Shown in pieces: positions 1 to 13,765 of a DNA stretch of 64,000 nt. The number at the start of each line of letters is the position of its first letter. The stretch's first letter is position 1. Where the stretch lies: assembly GCA_963751925.1 (NCBI GenBank), contig CAVVWJ010000002.1, forward strand, positions 518,774-582,773, given 5' to 3'. The notes under the pieces were generated by a model that saw only the letters and a program-made list of their open reading frames with translations, was not told where the DNA came from and did no database searches. The DNA comes from an uncultured Gemmatimonadales bacterium. Its GTDB lineage: Bacteria; Gemmatimonadota; Gemmatimonadetes; Gemmatimonadales; GWC2-71-9. A program made the position numbers and the translations under genes.

Positions 1-32
1 CGATTCTCTTCTTTTCGCCGGACGGTTGTCCG

Positions 33-983
33 GTGCCGGCCCTGGTACGTCAGTGGGCCGCGGTCCACGCCTTTCCGCTTCTGGTCTTCAGCCAGGCGGA
101 CGAGGTGGAGTCGATCGTCCTGCGTGGCCATCCCGCCCTGCTGTTCGTTGATGGGGACAACTCGGGGGCCGCGGGTCCCGCTCTCGTTCGCAGTCTCAAG
201 GGCGATGCATTCACTGCCATCGTGCCGGTGACCACGCTGGCGGGCACCCATCATCCGGAACAGGTGGAGGCCTGGTTTGCCGCTGGTGCCGACGAGGTCA
301 TCACCGGCCTGTTCTCGCCGGCCGAGCAGCGTGCCCGGCTCGAGGCGATGCTGGTGCGCACTGAACGGGACGTGTCGGTTCATCCCTCGACCCGTCTGCC
401 TGGAACGACGGAGATCGAGCGGGAGATCCGGCGGCGACTGGAGTCCAGTGAGGAGTTTGCGGTGTGCTACGCCGACCTGGACCATTTTAAGGAGTTCAAC
501 GACCGGTACAGCTACTACGACGGTGACAGAGTCATCTACATTCTGTCACGTATCTTGCACGACGTGGTGAAGGGGCTGATGGGTCGCCAGGGCTTCGTGG
601 GGCACATCGGCGGCGACGACTTCATCTTCATCATTCCGGCTGCCGACATTAGCGGCGTTTGCAGCGAAATACTCGAGGTATTCGATGGCCTGATCCCGCT
701 CCAGTACAATGATCAGGACCGGCGCGCCGGCTATTTTTTCGGCAAGGATCGCCGGGGTCAGCTTCATCGCGTGCCGCTGATGACCCTCTCAATCGGCATC
801 GTCACCAACCGGCATCGCAGGTTTGCGCATCCGGCGCAGGTCAGCGAGCTTGCCACCGAAATGAAGAGCTACGCCAAAACGTTGCCGGGCTCCGTCTTTG
901 TCGTCGACCGCCGGCAGGGTGCCGATGGCGAAGAACGGCCGGGACCCGCATCGAGGGAGCACCCGTCGAGGATGATGCGATGA
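33..983 (+). CDS. Diguanylate cyclase-family protein (degenerate receiver domain + GGDEF domain); true start may lie upstream of the window
   Basis: YADLDHFKEFNDRYSYYDGD and HIGGDDF motifs; N-terminal receiver-like segment (AAGADEVI). Confidence 0.85.
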   Translation: MPALVRQWAAVHAFPLLVFSQADEVESIVLRGHPALLFVDGDNSGAAGPALVRSLKGDAFTAIVPVTTLAGTHHPEQVEAWFAAGADEVITGLFSPAEQRARLEAMLVRTERDVSVHPSTRLPGTTEIEREIRRRLESSEEFAVCYADLDHFKEFNDRYSYYDGDRVIYILSRILHDVVKGLMGRQGFVGHIGGDDFIFIIPAADISGVCSEILEVFDGLIPLQYNDQDRRAGYFFGKDRRGQLHRVPLMTLSIGIVTNRHRRFAHPAQVSELATEMKSYAKTLPGSVFVVDRRQGADGEERPGPASREHPSRMMR

Positions 984-1867
984 ACGTCACCTGTCCCAAT
1001 TGCGCCAGCGTCTACCGGGTAGATCCGGCCAAGGTGCCCGAGTCAGGGGTGCGGGCCCGGTGCGCCGTGTGTAGTGCTGTGTTCGCCGTGCGCAAAGACG
1101 GGGAGCAAAGCCGGACTCCGCCAGCGCAAACGGTAGAGCCGACTCGGCAGCCGACACCGGCGAAGGCGCAGGCGACACCAGAGCCGAAAACTCCACCACT
1201 GGCGGAGCCGAAGTCGGAGCCGGCGGGTCCAGCAGCAGCACCGGCATCACGCGCTCCTGAGCCGATGAAAAATCCGTTCGCTGCGCCTCCTTCGGTGGCA
1301 GCTCCAGCGCCAGGTGCAGTGTCGGGACGAGCGCCGGCAGCTGCATCCAGCGCTGCACCAGCCACTCCGTCCCGTCCAGCGGCGCCGCCCCGGCCTGCAA
1401 CGCCCGGTGCCGCACGCCCCGGAGGTGCACCGGCCGCGCCTAACGCACCCTCGGCGGCGCAGTCGTCCCCGGTTGCAGCACCGCCGCCGCCGGCCCCAAA
1501 GGCACCGGCTACCCCCGCGGCCGCTGTCCCGTCGAGCTCGCAATCGAAGTCATCGCCTCCTGCGCCGGCGTCCCCAGCGCCGAAGCCTGCGGCAGGCGGA
1601 AGACCCGCCAACCCCTTCCTCTCGCAGGATCCAGCACTCAAGGCGCGCCGCCTCGCCCGTGCGCTCATCTCCGACATGGTGGTCTACCATCCAGGGAAGC
1701 GGCAGGAAGGGCTGCGCGATGGGAACCTCAAGGATCTGTTCGAAGAGGAGATCAAGAAAAGCTGGGAAGAGTACGCCGACCAGGTCGGCCGTGAGTTGGC
1801 CGATTCGACGGCGTTCTTTCGAGAGGCCCTCAACGAAATTCTCGCCGGCGGTAGACAGATATTTTGA
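980..1867 (+). CDS. MJ0042-type zinc-ribbon protein with long Pro/Ala linker and C-terminal helical domain
   Basis: CPNC...CAVC N-terminus; ~170 aa P/A-rich linker; ATGA overlap with upstream gene. Confidence 0.8.
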   Translation: MNVTCPNCASVYRVDPAKVPESGVRARCAVCSAVFAVRKDGEQSRTPPAQTVEPTRQPTPAKAQATPEPKTPPLAEPKSEPAGPAAAPASRAPEPMKNPFAAPPSVAAPAPGAVSGRAPAAASSAAPATPSRPAAPPRPATPGAARPGGAPAAPNAPSAAQSSPVAAPPPPAPKAPATPAAAVPSSSQSKSSPPAPASPAPKPAAGGRPANPFLSQDPALKARRLARALISDMVVYHPGKRQEGLRDGNLKDLFEEEIKKSWEEYADQVGRELADSTAFFREALNEILAGGRQIF

Positions 1868-1992
1868 GGTAAGAGGTGAGAGGTAAGACAGTGAGAGGTG
1901 AGCAATGAGCAGGAAGTTCTAAGAAGTCTAAGTGGAATTCCCTTGTCTTACCTCTTACCGCTTCTTACCTCTTACCTCTTACCTCTCACCTC
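1866..1992. repeat. Inverted heptamer tandem-repeat element (GAGGTRA)n...(TCTYACC)n
   Basis: GAGGTAA GAGGTGA GAGGTAA..GAGGTGA at 1866-1901; TCTTACC x5 + TCTCACC at 1946-1990. Confidence 0.9.
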
Positions 1993-2042
1993 CTAGCGCC
2001 CACTCCCGTTAATTTCATTGGACACCTCCAGGAGTTGTTTGC

Positions 2043-3147
2043 ATGTCCGAGCTGCTTGACCGCCTGACCGATCTCCAACGACGCGTCTCTGAACTCCGAG
2101 ACTTTCTTTGACTTGCCCGGAAAGGCCGAACGCCTGAACGCACTCGAGGCGCAACAGGCGGTGGCAGGCTTCTGGGCCGACCCCGACGCGGCCCGCACTT
2201 CGGTTCAGGAGATCAAGACCCTCAAGAACTGGTTGACCCCATACGAAGCGCTCCACGCCCGGCTCGAGGGAGCCCACGAGATGGCCGAGCTGCTCGAGGC
2301 CGAGCCGGATGAAGCAATGGAGCGCGATCTCGCCCGGGAGGCGGACGAGCTCGCTGGGGCGGCGGAGGAATTCGAACTGCAGGCGATGCTCCAGGGTCCG
2401 GAAGACGCTCGCGATGCCATTCTGACGATCCATCCTGGTGCGGGAGGCACCGAGTCGCAGGACTGGGCCGAGATGCTGATGCGGATGTATGTCCGGTGGG
2501 CGGAACGGCATGGCTTCCAGGTGGCCATCCTCGATCTGCTGGCCGGCGAAGAGGCAGGCATCAAGTCGGTCTCCATCGAGATCAAAGGTCAATACGCATA
2601 CGGTTACTTAAAGGCGGAGAAGGGCGTGCACCGGCTGGTGCGGATTTCACCGTATGACTCTCAGGCGCGGCGGCATACCTCCTTCGCCTCGGTCTTCGTC
2701 TACCCTGACATCGACGACACGATCGAGGTCGACCTGAGGGACGAGGACATCAAGATGGATGTCTTTCGCGCTTCAGGGGCCGGCGGCCAACACGTCAACA
2801 AGACGTCCTCCGCCGTCCGGCTCACTCACATCCCGACGAATACCGTGGTCTCCTGTCAGCAGGAGCGAAGTCAGACCAAGAACCGCGCAACGGCGATGAA
2901 GATGCTCCGTGCCGCCATCTACCAGAAAAAATTGGAAGAGCAGGAGGCCGCCCGCGCCGTGGTCGAGGCAACCAAGACCGATAATTCCTGGGGGAACCAG
3001 ATCAGATCCTACGTCTTCCAGCCCTACACGATGGTGAACGATCACCGGACAGAAGTGAAGATCGGCGACGTTCAGCGGGTGATGGATGGGGATCTCGACG
3101 CGTTCATTCAGGCGTATCTGAAGCGCTTTGGGGGAAAGGCTGCCTGA
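2043..3147 (+). CDS. prfB: Peptide chain release factor 2, programmed +1 frameshift at CTT TGA C (2106-2112)
   Basis: ORF0 ATG2043 MSELLDRLTDLQRRVSELRDFL* then +1 frame with GGTES, SPY, GGQ motifs; AGGAG SD at 2029-2033. Confidence 0.97.
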
Positions 3148-3157
3148 GGCACCCCCG

Positions 3158-4669
<1,512 letters not shown>

Positions 4670-4672
4670 GCG

Positions 4673-5965
4673 ATGCTGAAAGCAATTCGAGACCTGGCCG
4701 CAGTGCTCCGGCGACCGAGTTCCCTGGAATGGCAAATCGCACGGCGCTACCTCCGGAGCCGGCGCACATCGCGATCAGCCTCGCTCAATACCGTGATCTC
4801 GACGGGAGGTGTGGCTGTCGGGGTTACCGCCCTCATTGTGGTACTCGGTGTCATGAACGGCCTGCGAGACGACCTGCGGGAGCGAATCCTGGTCGCCAAT
4901 CCTCACCTTCGAGTCCTGACGTTCGGCGCCGGGCTCCGGGTCGATGATTGGCGTGACGTCATGGTGCAGGTCCGGAAGGAACCGGGCGTCATCGCAGCCG
5001 CGCCGGAAGTGATCAGCCAGGCAGGGATCACGGCTGGTAACGATTACGGTGAGGGCGTCAATTTGCTGGGCTTCGATCCCGATACCGGGACCAAGTCGGT
5101 GACGTCGCTGCCGCAGTCGATCACCAAAGGCGACCTCTCGTTCCGCACCACCAAGCCCGGCGTCGATGGTGGCGTCTTACTCGGCTCCAGACTGGCATCG
5201 CGACTTTCGGTCTATCCAGGCGACATCGTCACCCTGGTACCCGTCACCCAAGCCAAGATGAACTCGGCGATTGGTGTCGCGGTGCCACGGTTCTGGAAAT
5301 TCGAGGTGACCGGCCTGTTCGATACCGGCATGTTTCAGTACGACAATCAATTCGTAGTGATGTCGAGGGAGCTGGCCCAGCGCTTCACCGGCCTGGGCGC
5401 CGCAGTGTCAGGCATCGCCGTCCGGGTTCAGGACCCGGAGCGTGCGCCTGAAATCGGTGCCAGTCTGGAGAAGCGGCTGGGATATCCCTACCGAGCCCTC
5501 GATTGGCAGACCCAGAATTCGAGTCTTTTCAGCGCGCTTCAGCTCGAGAAGCTCGCCATGGGGCTGATTATCTTTTTCATCATGGTCGTGGCCGCGTTCA
5601 ATATCGTCGGGACACTTACCATGGTGGTGACCGACAAGACCCGAGAGATCGGCATTCTGCGCGCGATGGGGCTCACCTCCGCGTCCGTGGCCCGAATTTT
5701 TCTGGTGCAGGGAGCGGTGATTGGCGCGGTCGGAACCGCGATAGGCCTGACGTTTGGGCTGGCGCTGGCCTACGTGGTCGATCGCTCGGGCTGGGTTCGG
5801 ATCAATCCGGCGGTATATTTCATCGATCACCTCCCGGTCCACATCGAGTGGCAGGACGTCGCAGTCGTGGTACTCGCCAGCCTGGCGATCGCCGTGTTCG
5901 CCACACTCTACCCGTCTCGGTCGGCCGCGGCATTGGAGCCGGTCGAGGCCATCCGGCACGAATGA
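4673..5965 (+). CDS. lolC: Lipoprotein-releasing ABC transporter permease (LolC/E family)
   Basis: VLGVMNG, KTREIGILRAMG, LYPS..AA..PVEAIRHE; adjacent to lolD. Confidence 0.9.
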   Translation: MLKAIRDLAAVLRRPSSLEWQIARRYLRSRRTSRSASLNTVISTGGVAVGVTALIVVLGVMNGLRDDLRERILVANPHLRVLTFGAGLRVDDWRDVMVQVRKEPGVIAAAPEVISQAGITAGNDYGEGVNLLGFDPDTGTKSVTSLPQSITKGDLSFRTTKPGVDGGVLLGSRLASRLSVYPGDIVTLVPVTQAKMNSAIGVAVPRFWKFEVTGLFDTGMFQYDNQFVVMSRELAQRFTGLGAAVSGIAVRVQDPERAPEIGASLEKRLGYPYRALDWQTQNSSLFSALQLEKLAMGLIIFFIMVVAAFNIVGTLTMVVTDKTREIGILRAMGLTSASVARIFLVQGAVIGAVGTAIGLTFGLALAYVVDRSGWVRINPAVYFIDHLPVHIEWQDVAVVVLASLAIAVFATLYPSRSAAALEPVEAIRHE

Positions 5966-6664
5966 CCGCCATCCTCGAAGCGCAGGGCCTTCGCAAGATC
6001 TACCGCGGCGGGGACGGCAACCCCATCGAGGTGCTGTCCGGGGTAGATCTCACCGTCAGCCGCGGCGAATTCGTGGCCATCGTCAGGGGCCAGCGGCTCC
6101 GGGAAGAGCACGCTGCTCCACCTGCTGGGAGCTCTGGACGCGCCGTCCGGCGGGACGGTGCGCCTGGGTGGCCAGGCGTACAGCGATGAGAGCGCCGAAC
6201 AACTGGCGGCCATCCGGAATCGCAAGCTGGGGTTCGTATTTCAGTTTCACCATCTGCTGCGGGAATTCACGGCACTCGAGAACGTCATGATGCCGCTGCT
6301 GATCGCCGGCGAAGAAGAGTCGCGGGCCCGTTCCCGGGCGGAGGAGCTTCTTGCCGCCGTGGGACTCGCGGGGCGTATGTCGCACCGCTCCTCGCAGCTT
6401 TCCGGCGGCGAGCAGCAGCGGGCCGCGGTGGCCCGTGCCTTGATCGCCGATCCGCTGGTGGTGCTTGCGGACGAGCCGTCGGGCAATCTGGATTATGCCA
6501 ACAGTGAGCGACTGCACGATCTCTTCGCGCATCTTTCCCGCGAGTTCGAAACGGCGCTGATCGTGGTCACCCATAATCGCATGCTGGCGGGTCGAGCCGA
6601 CCGGGTCCTGTCACTCGATGGCGGGCGCCTGGTCCCGCTCTCCGGCGTGGAGTCAATGCCCTGA
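5962..6664 (+). CDS. lolD: Lipoprotein-releasing ABC transporter ATPase with a 1-nt insertion near 6085 (probable sequence error)
   Basis: ATG5962 MTAILEA...; removing A6085 restores Walker A GASGSGKS in frame with FVFQFHHLL, LSGGEQQR, LADEPSGNLD. Confidence 0.9.
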
Positions 6665-7158
6665 TGTCATGTGAGCAATGCCGGGAACGTGAGGCTGTCA
6701 TTCACCTCACCCAGATCGTCAACGAACAGGTGACGACGCTGCATCTCTGCGAGCGATGCGCCGCGGAGAAAGGTGTCGAGAGCCCGGGGGCCGCGCCCAA
6801 GACGCCACTGGGGACGTTTCTGGCCGCCATGGGGCAGGAGCTGCCGGAACAGACTCCCGCTCCCAAGACCGGTGAAACTTGCTCCCGCTGCGGCGGATCG
6901 CTACAGGATTTCCGTGAAAGTGGACGGCTCGGCTGCTCCGAGTGCTACCGCTCGTTCGAGGTGCCGTTGCGCGACCTCCTCCGCCGTCTGCACGGCTCGA
7001 CCCACCACATGGGTGAACGCTACACCGAGCAGGGCTCGACGCCTGCCATCGAGCCGAAGCAGGCCGTGCAGCTTCGGGAGCAGCTCAGAGTGGCCGTCGA
7101 GACCGAGAACTTCGAGCTCGCCGCCGAGCTCCGCGACCGCCTGCGAGTGGTGGAATGA
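6664..7158 (+). CDS. mcsA: McsA activator of protein-arginine kinase (CxxC zinc motifs, UVR domain)
   Basis: Four CxxC motifs; C-terminal ENFELAAELRD; upstream of mcsB-clpC. Confidence 0.9.
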   Translation: MSCEQCREREAVIHLTQIVNEQVTTLHLCERCAAEKGVESPGAAPKTPLGTFLAAMGQELPEQTPAPKTGETCSRCGGSLQDFRESGRLGCSECYRSFEVPLRDLLRRLHGSTHHMGERYTEQGSTPAIEPKQAVQLREQLRVAVETENFELAAELRDRLRVVE

Positions 7159-8237
7159 TCGACCTGAGTCTTCTGACCGATGGAGGAGTAGGCTGGCTCG
7201 ACGCGAGCGGCCCCTCGAGTCATCTGGTGTTGTCGACCCGGATACGTCTGGCTCGCAACCTGGCTGGACGGGTATTTCAGGGCCGTAACTCCGAGACCGA
7301 GCGGGAGGACATCCTTACCGTGGTCGAGGCTGCGGCGCGAGACACGGTCCTTCTCCGCCGGGCCATCAAGTTCCGGCTCGATCGTCTCGAACGCACTGAC
7401 CGGCAACTGCTGCATGAGCGGCATCTAGTCAGCAAGGAGCTGGCCGGTCTCGACGCCGATGGCCGGGTCCGTTCGGGTGCCTCGCTTCTGGTTCAGGACC
7501 GGCTCGGTGTGATGCTGAATGAAGAAGATCATTTGCGTCTGCAGGGACTCCATTCCGGATTCGCGCTGGACGCGGCTTACGCCGAAGTCGATCGGCTCGA
7601 CGCCGAATTGGGACAACGACTTGCATTCGCATTTCACTCTGAATTTGGTTACCTTACCTCGTGTCCGACCAACGTCGGAACTGGGCTCCGTGCATCAGTT
7701 TTGATACACCTGCCGGGCTTGGTCCTGACGAAAGAAATTTCCAAGGTATTGCAGGGCCTGGCGCAGGTGGGACTGACCTTCCGCGGCTTGTACGGCGAAG
7801 GAAGCGAGGTCGTCGGCAACTTCTTCCAATTGTCCAACCAGACGACCCTTGGCAGCTCCGAATACGAGCTGCTCGACCACCTTGGCAAAATGGTCCGGCA
7901 GGTCATGGACTACGAGGAACAAGCCCGCCAGGTGCTGCTGCGCGACGCTCCGGCCATCATCGAAGACAAAGTGTGGCGGGCCTACGGATTGCTTCGTTAT
8001 GCACGGGCCCTGTCGTTCGAAGAGGCCATGAATCTGCTGAGTGGGGTGAGGCTGGGCGTCGGTGTAGGTCTGATTCCCGATGTGGGCATGTATACGCTGA
8101 ACAAGTTGTTGGTCTACACTCAGCCGGCTCACCTCGCGATGGTAGAAGGGATCGCAGCCGGTGATCCCGATCTGCCGGTTCGACGGGCACAGTTCGTGCG
8201 CAAAGTGTTGGAATCCGAAGTGGGACGCCGTGGATGA
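7155..8237 (+). CDS. mcsB: Protein-arginine kinase
   Basis: STRIRLARN, NEEDHLR, CPTNVGTGLRAS, RGLYGEGS, SNQTTLG. Confidence 0.95.
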   Translation: MIDLSLLTDGGVGWLDASGPSSHLVLSTRIRLARNLAGRVFQGRNSETEREDILTVVEAAARDTVLLRRAIKFRLDRLERTDRQLLHERHLVSKELAGLDADGRVRSGASLLVQDRLGVMLNEEDHLRLQGLHSGFALDAAYAEVDRLDAELGQRLAFAFHSEFGYLTSCPTNVGTGLRASVLIHLPGLVLTKEISKVLQGLAQVGLTFRGLYGEGSEVVGNFFQLSNQTTLGSSEYELLDHLGKMVRQVMDYEEQARQVLLRDAPAIIEDKVWRAYGLLRYARALSFEEAMNLLSGVRLGVGVGLIPDVGMYTLNKLLVYTQPAHLAMVEGIAAGDPDLPVRRAQFVRKVLESEVGRRG

Positions 8238-8277
8238 GCCGCGACGACGGCCTTCGGAGCCTACGTAGGGTACCGCA

Positions 8278-10749
<2,472 letters not shown>

Positions 10750-10753
10750 TACC

Positions 10754-10783
10754 GCGCGCCGATCCCTCTGGGGTCCGGCGCGC
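10754..10783 (+). terminator. GC-rich hairpin after clpC (no U-tract)
   Basis: GCGCGCCG...CGGCGCGC inverted repeat. Confidence 0.4.
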
Positions 10784-10802
10784 TCACCTCCGCCCCTTAG
10801 CG

Positions 10803-13190
10803 ATGCACCGTTCCCTTCAGATTCTTACCGCCGGCTTGCTCCTGCTGCTGGGGCCGCCGGCGGCTCTGCGTGCCCAGGGCATTACCAGTCCCGCCGTCGA
10901 CAGCATCGCGGTTGAAGGCAACTCCCGGCTCACCAACTCCCAGATTATTGGCAGCTCCGGATTGATCGTCCACCAGCCGATCAATTATCGAGACATCCAG
11001 CGTGCCATTACCGCTCTCTTCCGCACCGGTCAGTTCGACGACGTGCTGGTCGAGCAGCGGAACGTGGGCCCCCGCCTGATTCTGGCGATTCGCGTCAAGG
11101 AACGTCCGATTCTCGAAAAGTGGGCGGTACGAGGGGTGGAGCGGGTGTCTGAAGGCGAGGTCAAGGGGCGGGTTCACCTGGTCGAAGGCCGGCCGCTGGA
11201 CCGGAATTCAGTCGAACAGGCCCGGGCGGCAATAGACTCGCTCTACAAGCATCAGGGCTATTACACCTCCCAGACCAAGGTCCTGCAGCTGGCGCAGGAA
11301 TCGGGAAAGGTGCGGGTCATCTTCGATGTGAAAGAGGGCGAGCGAGTTGCCATCAGCCAGGTGGTCGTGGACGGCAACAAGCACTTTTCCGACAAGGCCG
11401 TGGTCAAGCACATGTCTACCCGGCCGGAGGGATTCTGGTGGTTCCAGAAAGGTGAGTACGACGAGCGCAACGTCGAGCAGGACGTGCGTGAACGGCTGCC
11501 GAACTGGTACGCGGATCAGGGCTTTGTGGACTTCCAGGTCACCCACGATTCTCTCGTCTCCGATTCGACCGGCGGCAAGGCGGTGCTGCGCCTCACCGTG
11601 GACGAGGGTCCGGTGTACCGAGTCGGAACGTTCGACATCGAGGGCAACCGACGTTTCTCGACCGACGAGTTGCGGGCGTTCTATCCCTTTGGACCAGTTG
11701 GGCAGAACGGTACCCCTCTCGGGCGAGGGCGCCCGTTCAGCCGCTCGGAATGGGACGCCGCCACCGAGAAGCTGCAGAACCTCTACGCCAATAACGGCTA
11801 TATCTACGCGCAAGTCCAACCGGTCCAGACCCGCCGAACCGGTGCGGGCGGCACCCCGGTGGTCGATTTGCGCTGGGTCATTCGCGAGGGCTCTCCAGCG
11901 ACCATCAACAAGGTCGAGATCGTAGGCAACGATGTCACTCACGAACGGGTGATTCGTGAGGCGATTATCATGCTGCCCGGGGATCTCTTCAGTCGTGAAC
12001 GACTGATCCGCTCCTATCAGAACGTCTCCAACCTGGGCTTCTTCCAGCAGCCACTCCCGCCCCCGGATGTCAAGCCGGCTGCCAACGGAGTAGATGTGGA
12101 TGTGGTGTTCAGGGTGGAAGAACGTCGCACCGGTAACATCAATTTCGGCGCTTCGCTGGGGCAGGGAACCGGAGTCGGAGGATTTCTTGGCTTAGAGGAG
12201 CCGAACCTGTTTGGTCGCGGCAAGCGAGGAAAGCTCCAGTGGCAGTTCGGCAAGAATATCAACGATTTCACCCTGAGCTACACCGATCCGGCGATTCGAG
12301 AGAGCCGCATTTCCGGAACCGTTTCGCTCTTTGATTCGCGGGCTCGGTTCACGGTTGGCGACCTGGGCCGGAGAAAACAAACCGGCGGCAGCTTCCAGCT
12401 CGGGTTCCCCTTCCTGGGCTCGCGCTACACTCGTCTGTTCACGTCATATTCTTACCAACGCATCCGGTACACCGAGGGGTCAGCGGACATCCAGGCCCGT
12501 TTCCGCTGCTCCGCCTGCAGCCGCTCGACTATCGGCAGCAGCATCCTTCGAGATACCCGGGTGGGCCTGCCGTTCGCCACCGGTGGGTCGATGACCAACA
12601 TCAGCGGCGAGCTGAATGGCGGATTCCTGGGCGGCACCGGAGACTACCGCAAGGTGGACCTCGAGGGCCGCTGGTACGCGCCCCTCGGCACCATGGGAGG
12701 TGGCGGACAGCTCGGTGCGGGCGTTCAGTTCGTGCTCGGATTGACGGCCAAGTCCGGCTTCATCTTCGGTGACGCAGGCCCATTCTTCACCGAGCTGTAT
12801 TCGCTCGGCGGTGTGCAGTACGGGATTCCGCTCCGGGGATACGACGAGTTCTCGATCACGCCTAACGGCTTCGACCCAGCGGCCGGCGGCAACAACGCCG
12901 CCAGCGCTGATGCCTTCGGAAAATCCTACTCGGCCTTCTCGATCGAGGCTGGCGCGAGGATCAGCCAGTCCCTCTACGTCAGTACTTTCTTCGATGCCGG
13001 CAACGTCTACCGGACTGCCCGCCAGTGGGATCCGACCCGGTTGTTCAGGGGCGCCGGCTTTGGAGCGGCGGTGATCTCGCCGCTGGGCCCGATCGGGGTC
13101 GATCTCGGGTACGGTTTCGATAAGGTGGACGCCTCTGGCAAGCCCAAGCCCGGCTGGCAACTGCACTTCAAGCTGGGCAATTTCTTTTAG
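10803..13190 (+). CDS. bamA: Outer-membrane protein assembly factor
   Basis: Signal peptide, POTRA repeats (IEGN, GY/F motifs), LRGY, SPLGPI, terminal Phe. Confidence 0.95.
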   Translation: MHRSLQILTAGLLLLLGPPAALRAQGITSPAVDSIAVEGNSRLTNSQIIGSSGLIVHQPINYRDIQRAITALFRTGQFDDVLVEQRNVGPRLILAIRVKERPILEKWAVRGVERVSEGEVKGRVHLVEGRPLDRNSVEQARAAIDSLYKHQGYYTSQTKVLQLAQESGKVRVIFDVKEGERVAISQVVVDGNKHFSDKAVVKHMSTRPEGFWWFQKGEYDERNVEQDVRERLPNWYADQGFVDFQVTHDSLVSDSTGGKAVLRLTVDEGPVYRVGTFDIEGNRRFSTDELRAFYPFGPVGQNGTPLGRGRPFSRSEWDAATEKLQNLYANNGYIYAQVQPVQTRRTGAGGTPVVDLRWVIREGSPATINKVEIVGNDVTHERVIREAIIMLPGDLFSRERLIRSYQNVSNLGFFQQPLPPPDVKPAANGVDVDVVFRVEERRTGNINFGASLGQGTGVGGFLGLEEPNLFGRGKRGKLQWQFGKNINDFTLSYTDPAIRESRISGTVSLFDSRARFTVGDLGRRKQTGGSFQLGFPFLGSRYTRLFTSYSYQRIRYTEGSADIQARFRCSACSRSTIGSSILRDTRVGLPFATGGSMTNISGELNGGFLGGTGDYRKVDLEGRWYAPLGTMGGGGQLGAGVQFVLGLTAKSGFIFGDAGPFFTELYSLGGVQYGIPLRGYDEFSITPNGFDPAAGGNNAASADAFGKSYSAFSIEAGARISQSLYVSTFFDAGNVYRTARQWDPTRLFRGAGFGAAVISPLGPIGVDLGYGFDKVDASGKPKPGWQLHFKLGNFF

Positions 13191-13218
13191 CTGAACGCAC
13201 CTTCAACTGGAGTGACGC

Positions 13219-13761
13219 ATGAAGCTTGTCCTCGTGGGAGTCTGGATTGGTTTGGCGGGAGCCTTGTCGCTGGCTGGCACAGAAACCTTGGCAGCACAAC
13301 AGGGTGGCGGCCCCAAGGTCGGCTACGTCAACACCCAGGCCATCCTGAAGCAGACGCCCGGGTATACCAAGGCAGAATCCACCTTCACGAAGGAGCTCGA
13401 GACGTACCGGATCGAGGTGCAGAAGCTTCAGGCAACGCTCGATTCGTCCGCGTCCGACTTCGACCAGCAATCCGTCATGCTGAGCCCAACCCAGCGGTCA
13501 GCCAAGCGAAAGGACCTGCAGGCCCAGCAGCAGAAGCTGGAGCAGCGCACCCAGGAGCTGCAGCGCAAGGCGGCAACGCGCGAGCGGGAGCTGCTCGAGC
13601 CGATCCAGAGTAAAGTCAACGCCGTGATCGAAGGTGTTCGAGCGGCCGGCAACTACGCCATGATTTTCGATGTGAGCGCACCCAACAACGGGATCGTCAC
13701 AGCCGACAAGTCGCTGGACCTTACACAGCGCGTTGTCCAGCAGCTCAAATCGGGCAGCTAG
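13219..13761 (+). CDS. skp: Periplasmic chaperone Skp/OmpH
   Basis: KVGYVN, coiled coil, DLT..V; between bamA and lpxD. Confidence 0.9.
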   Translation: MKLVLVGVWIGLAGALSLAGTETLAAQQGGGPKVGYVNTQAILKQTPGYTKAESTFTKELETYRIEVQKLQATLDSSASDFDQQSVMLSPTQRSAKRKDLQAQQQKLEQRTQELQRKAATRERELLEPIQSKVNAVIEGVRAAGNYAMIFDVSAPNNGIVTADKSLDLTQRVVQQLKSGS

Positions 13762-13765
13762 GCGC

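Noticed and set aside
1100-1620. Long antisense/alternate-frame ORFs over the Pro/Ala linker, and similar shadow ORFs window-wide
   Set aside because: Expected in high-GC DNA; overlap well-supported genes and lack motifs
1866-1992. CRISPR array
   Set aside because: 7-bp units without unique spacers; no cas genes in window
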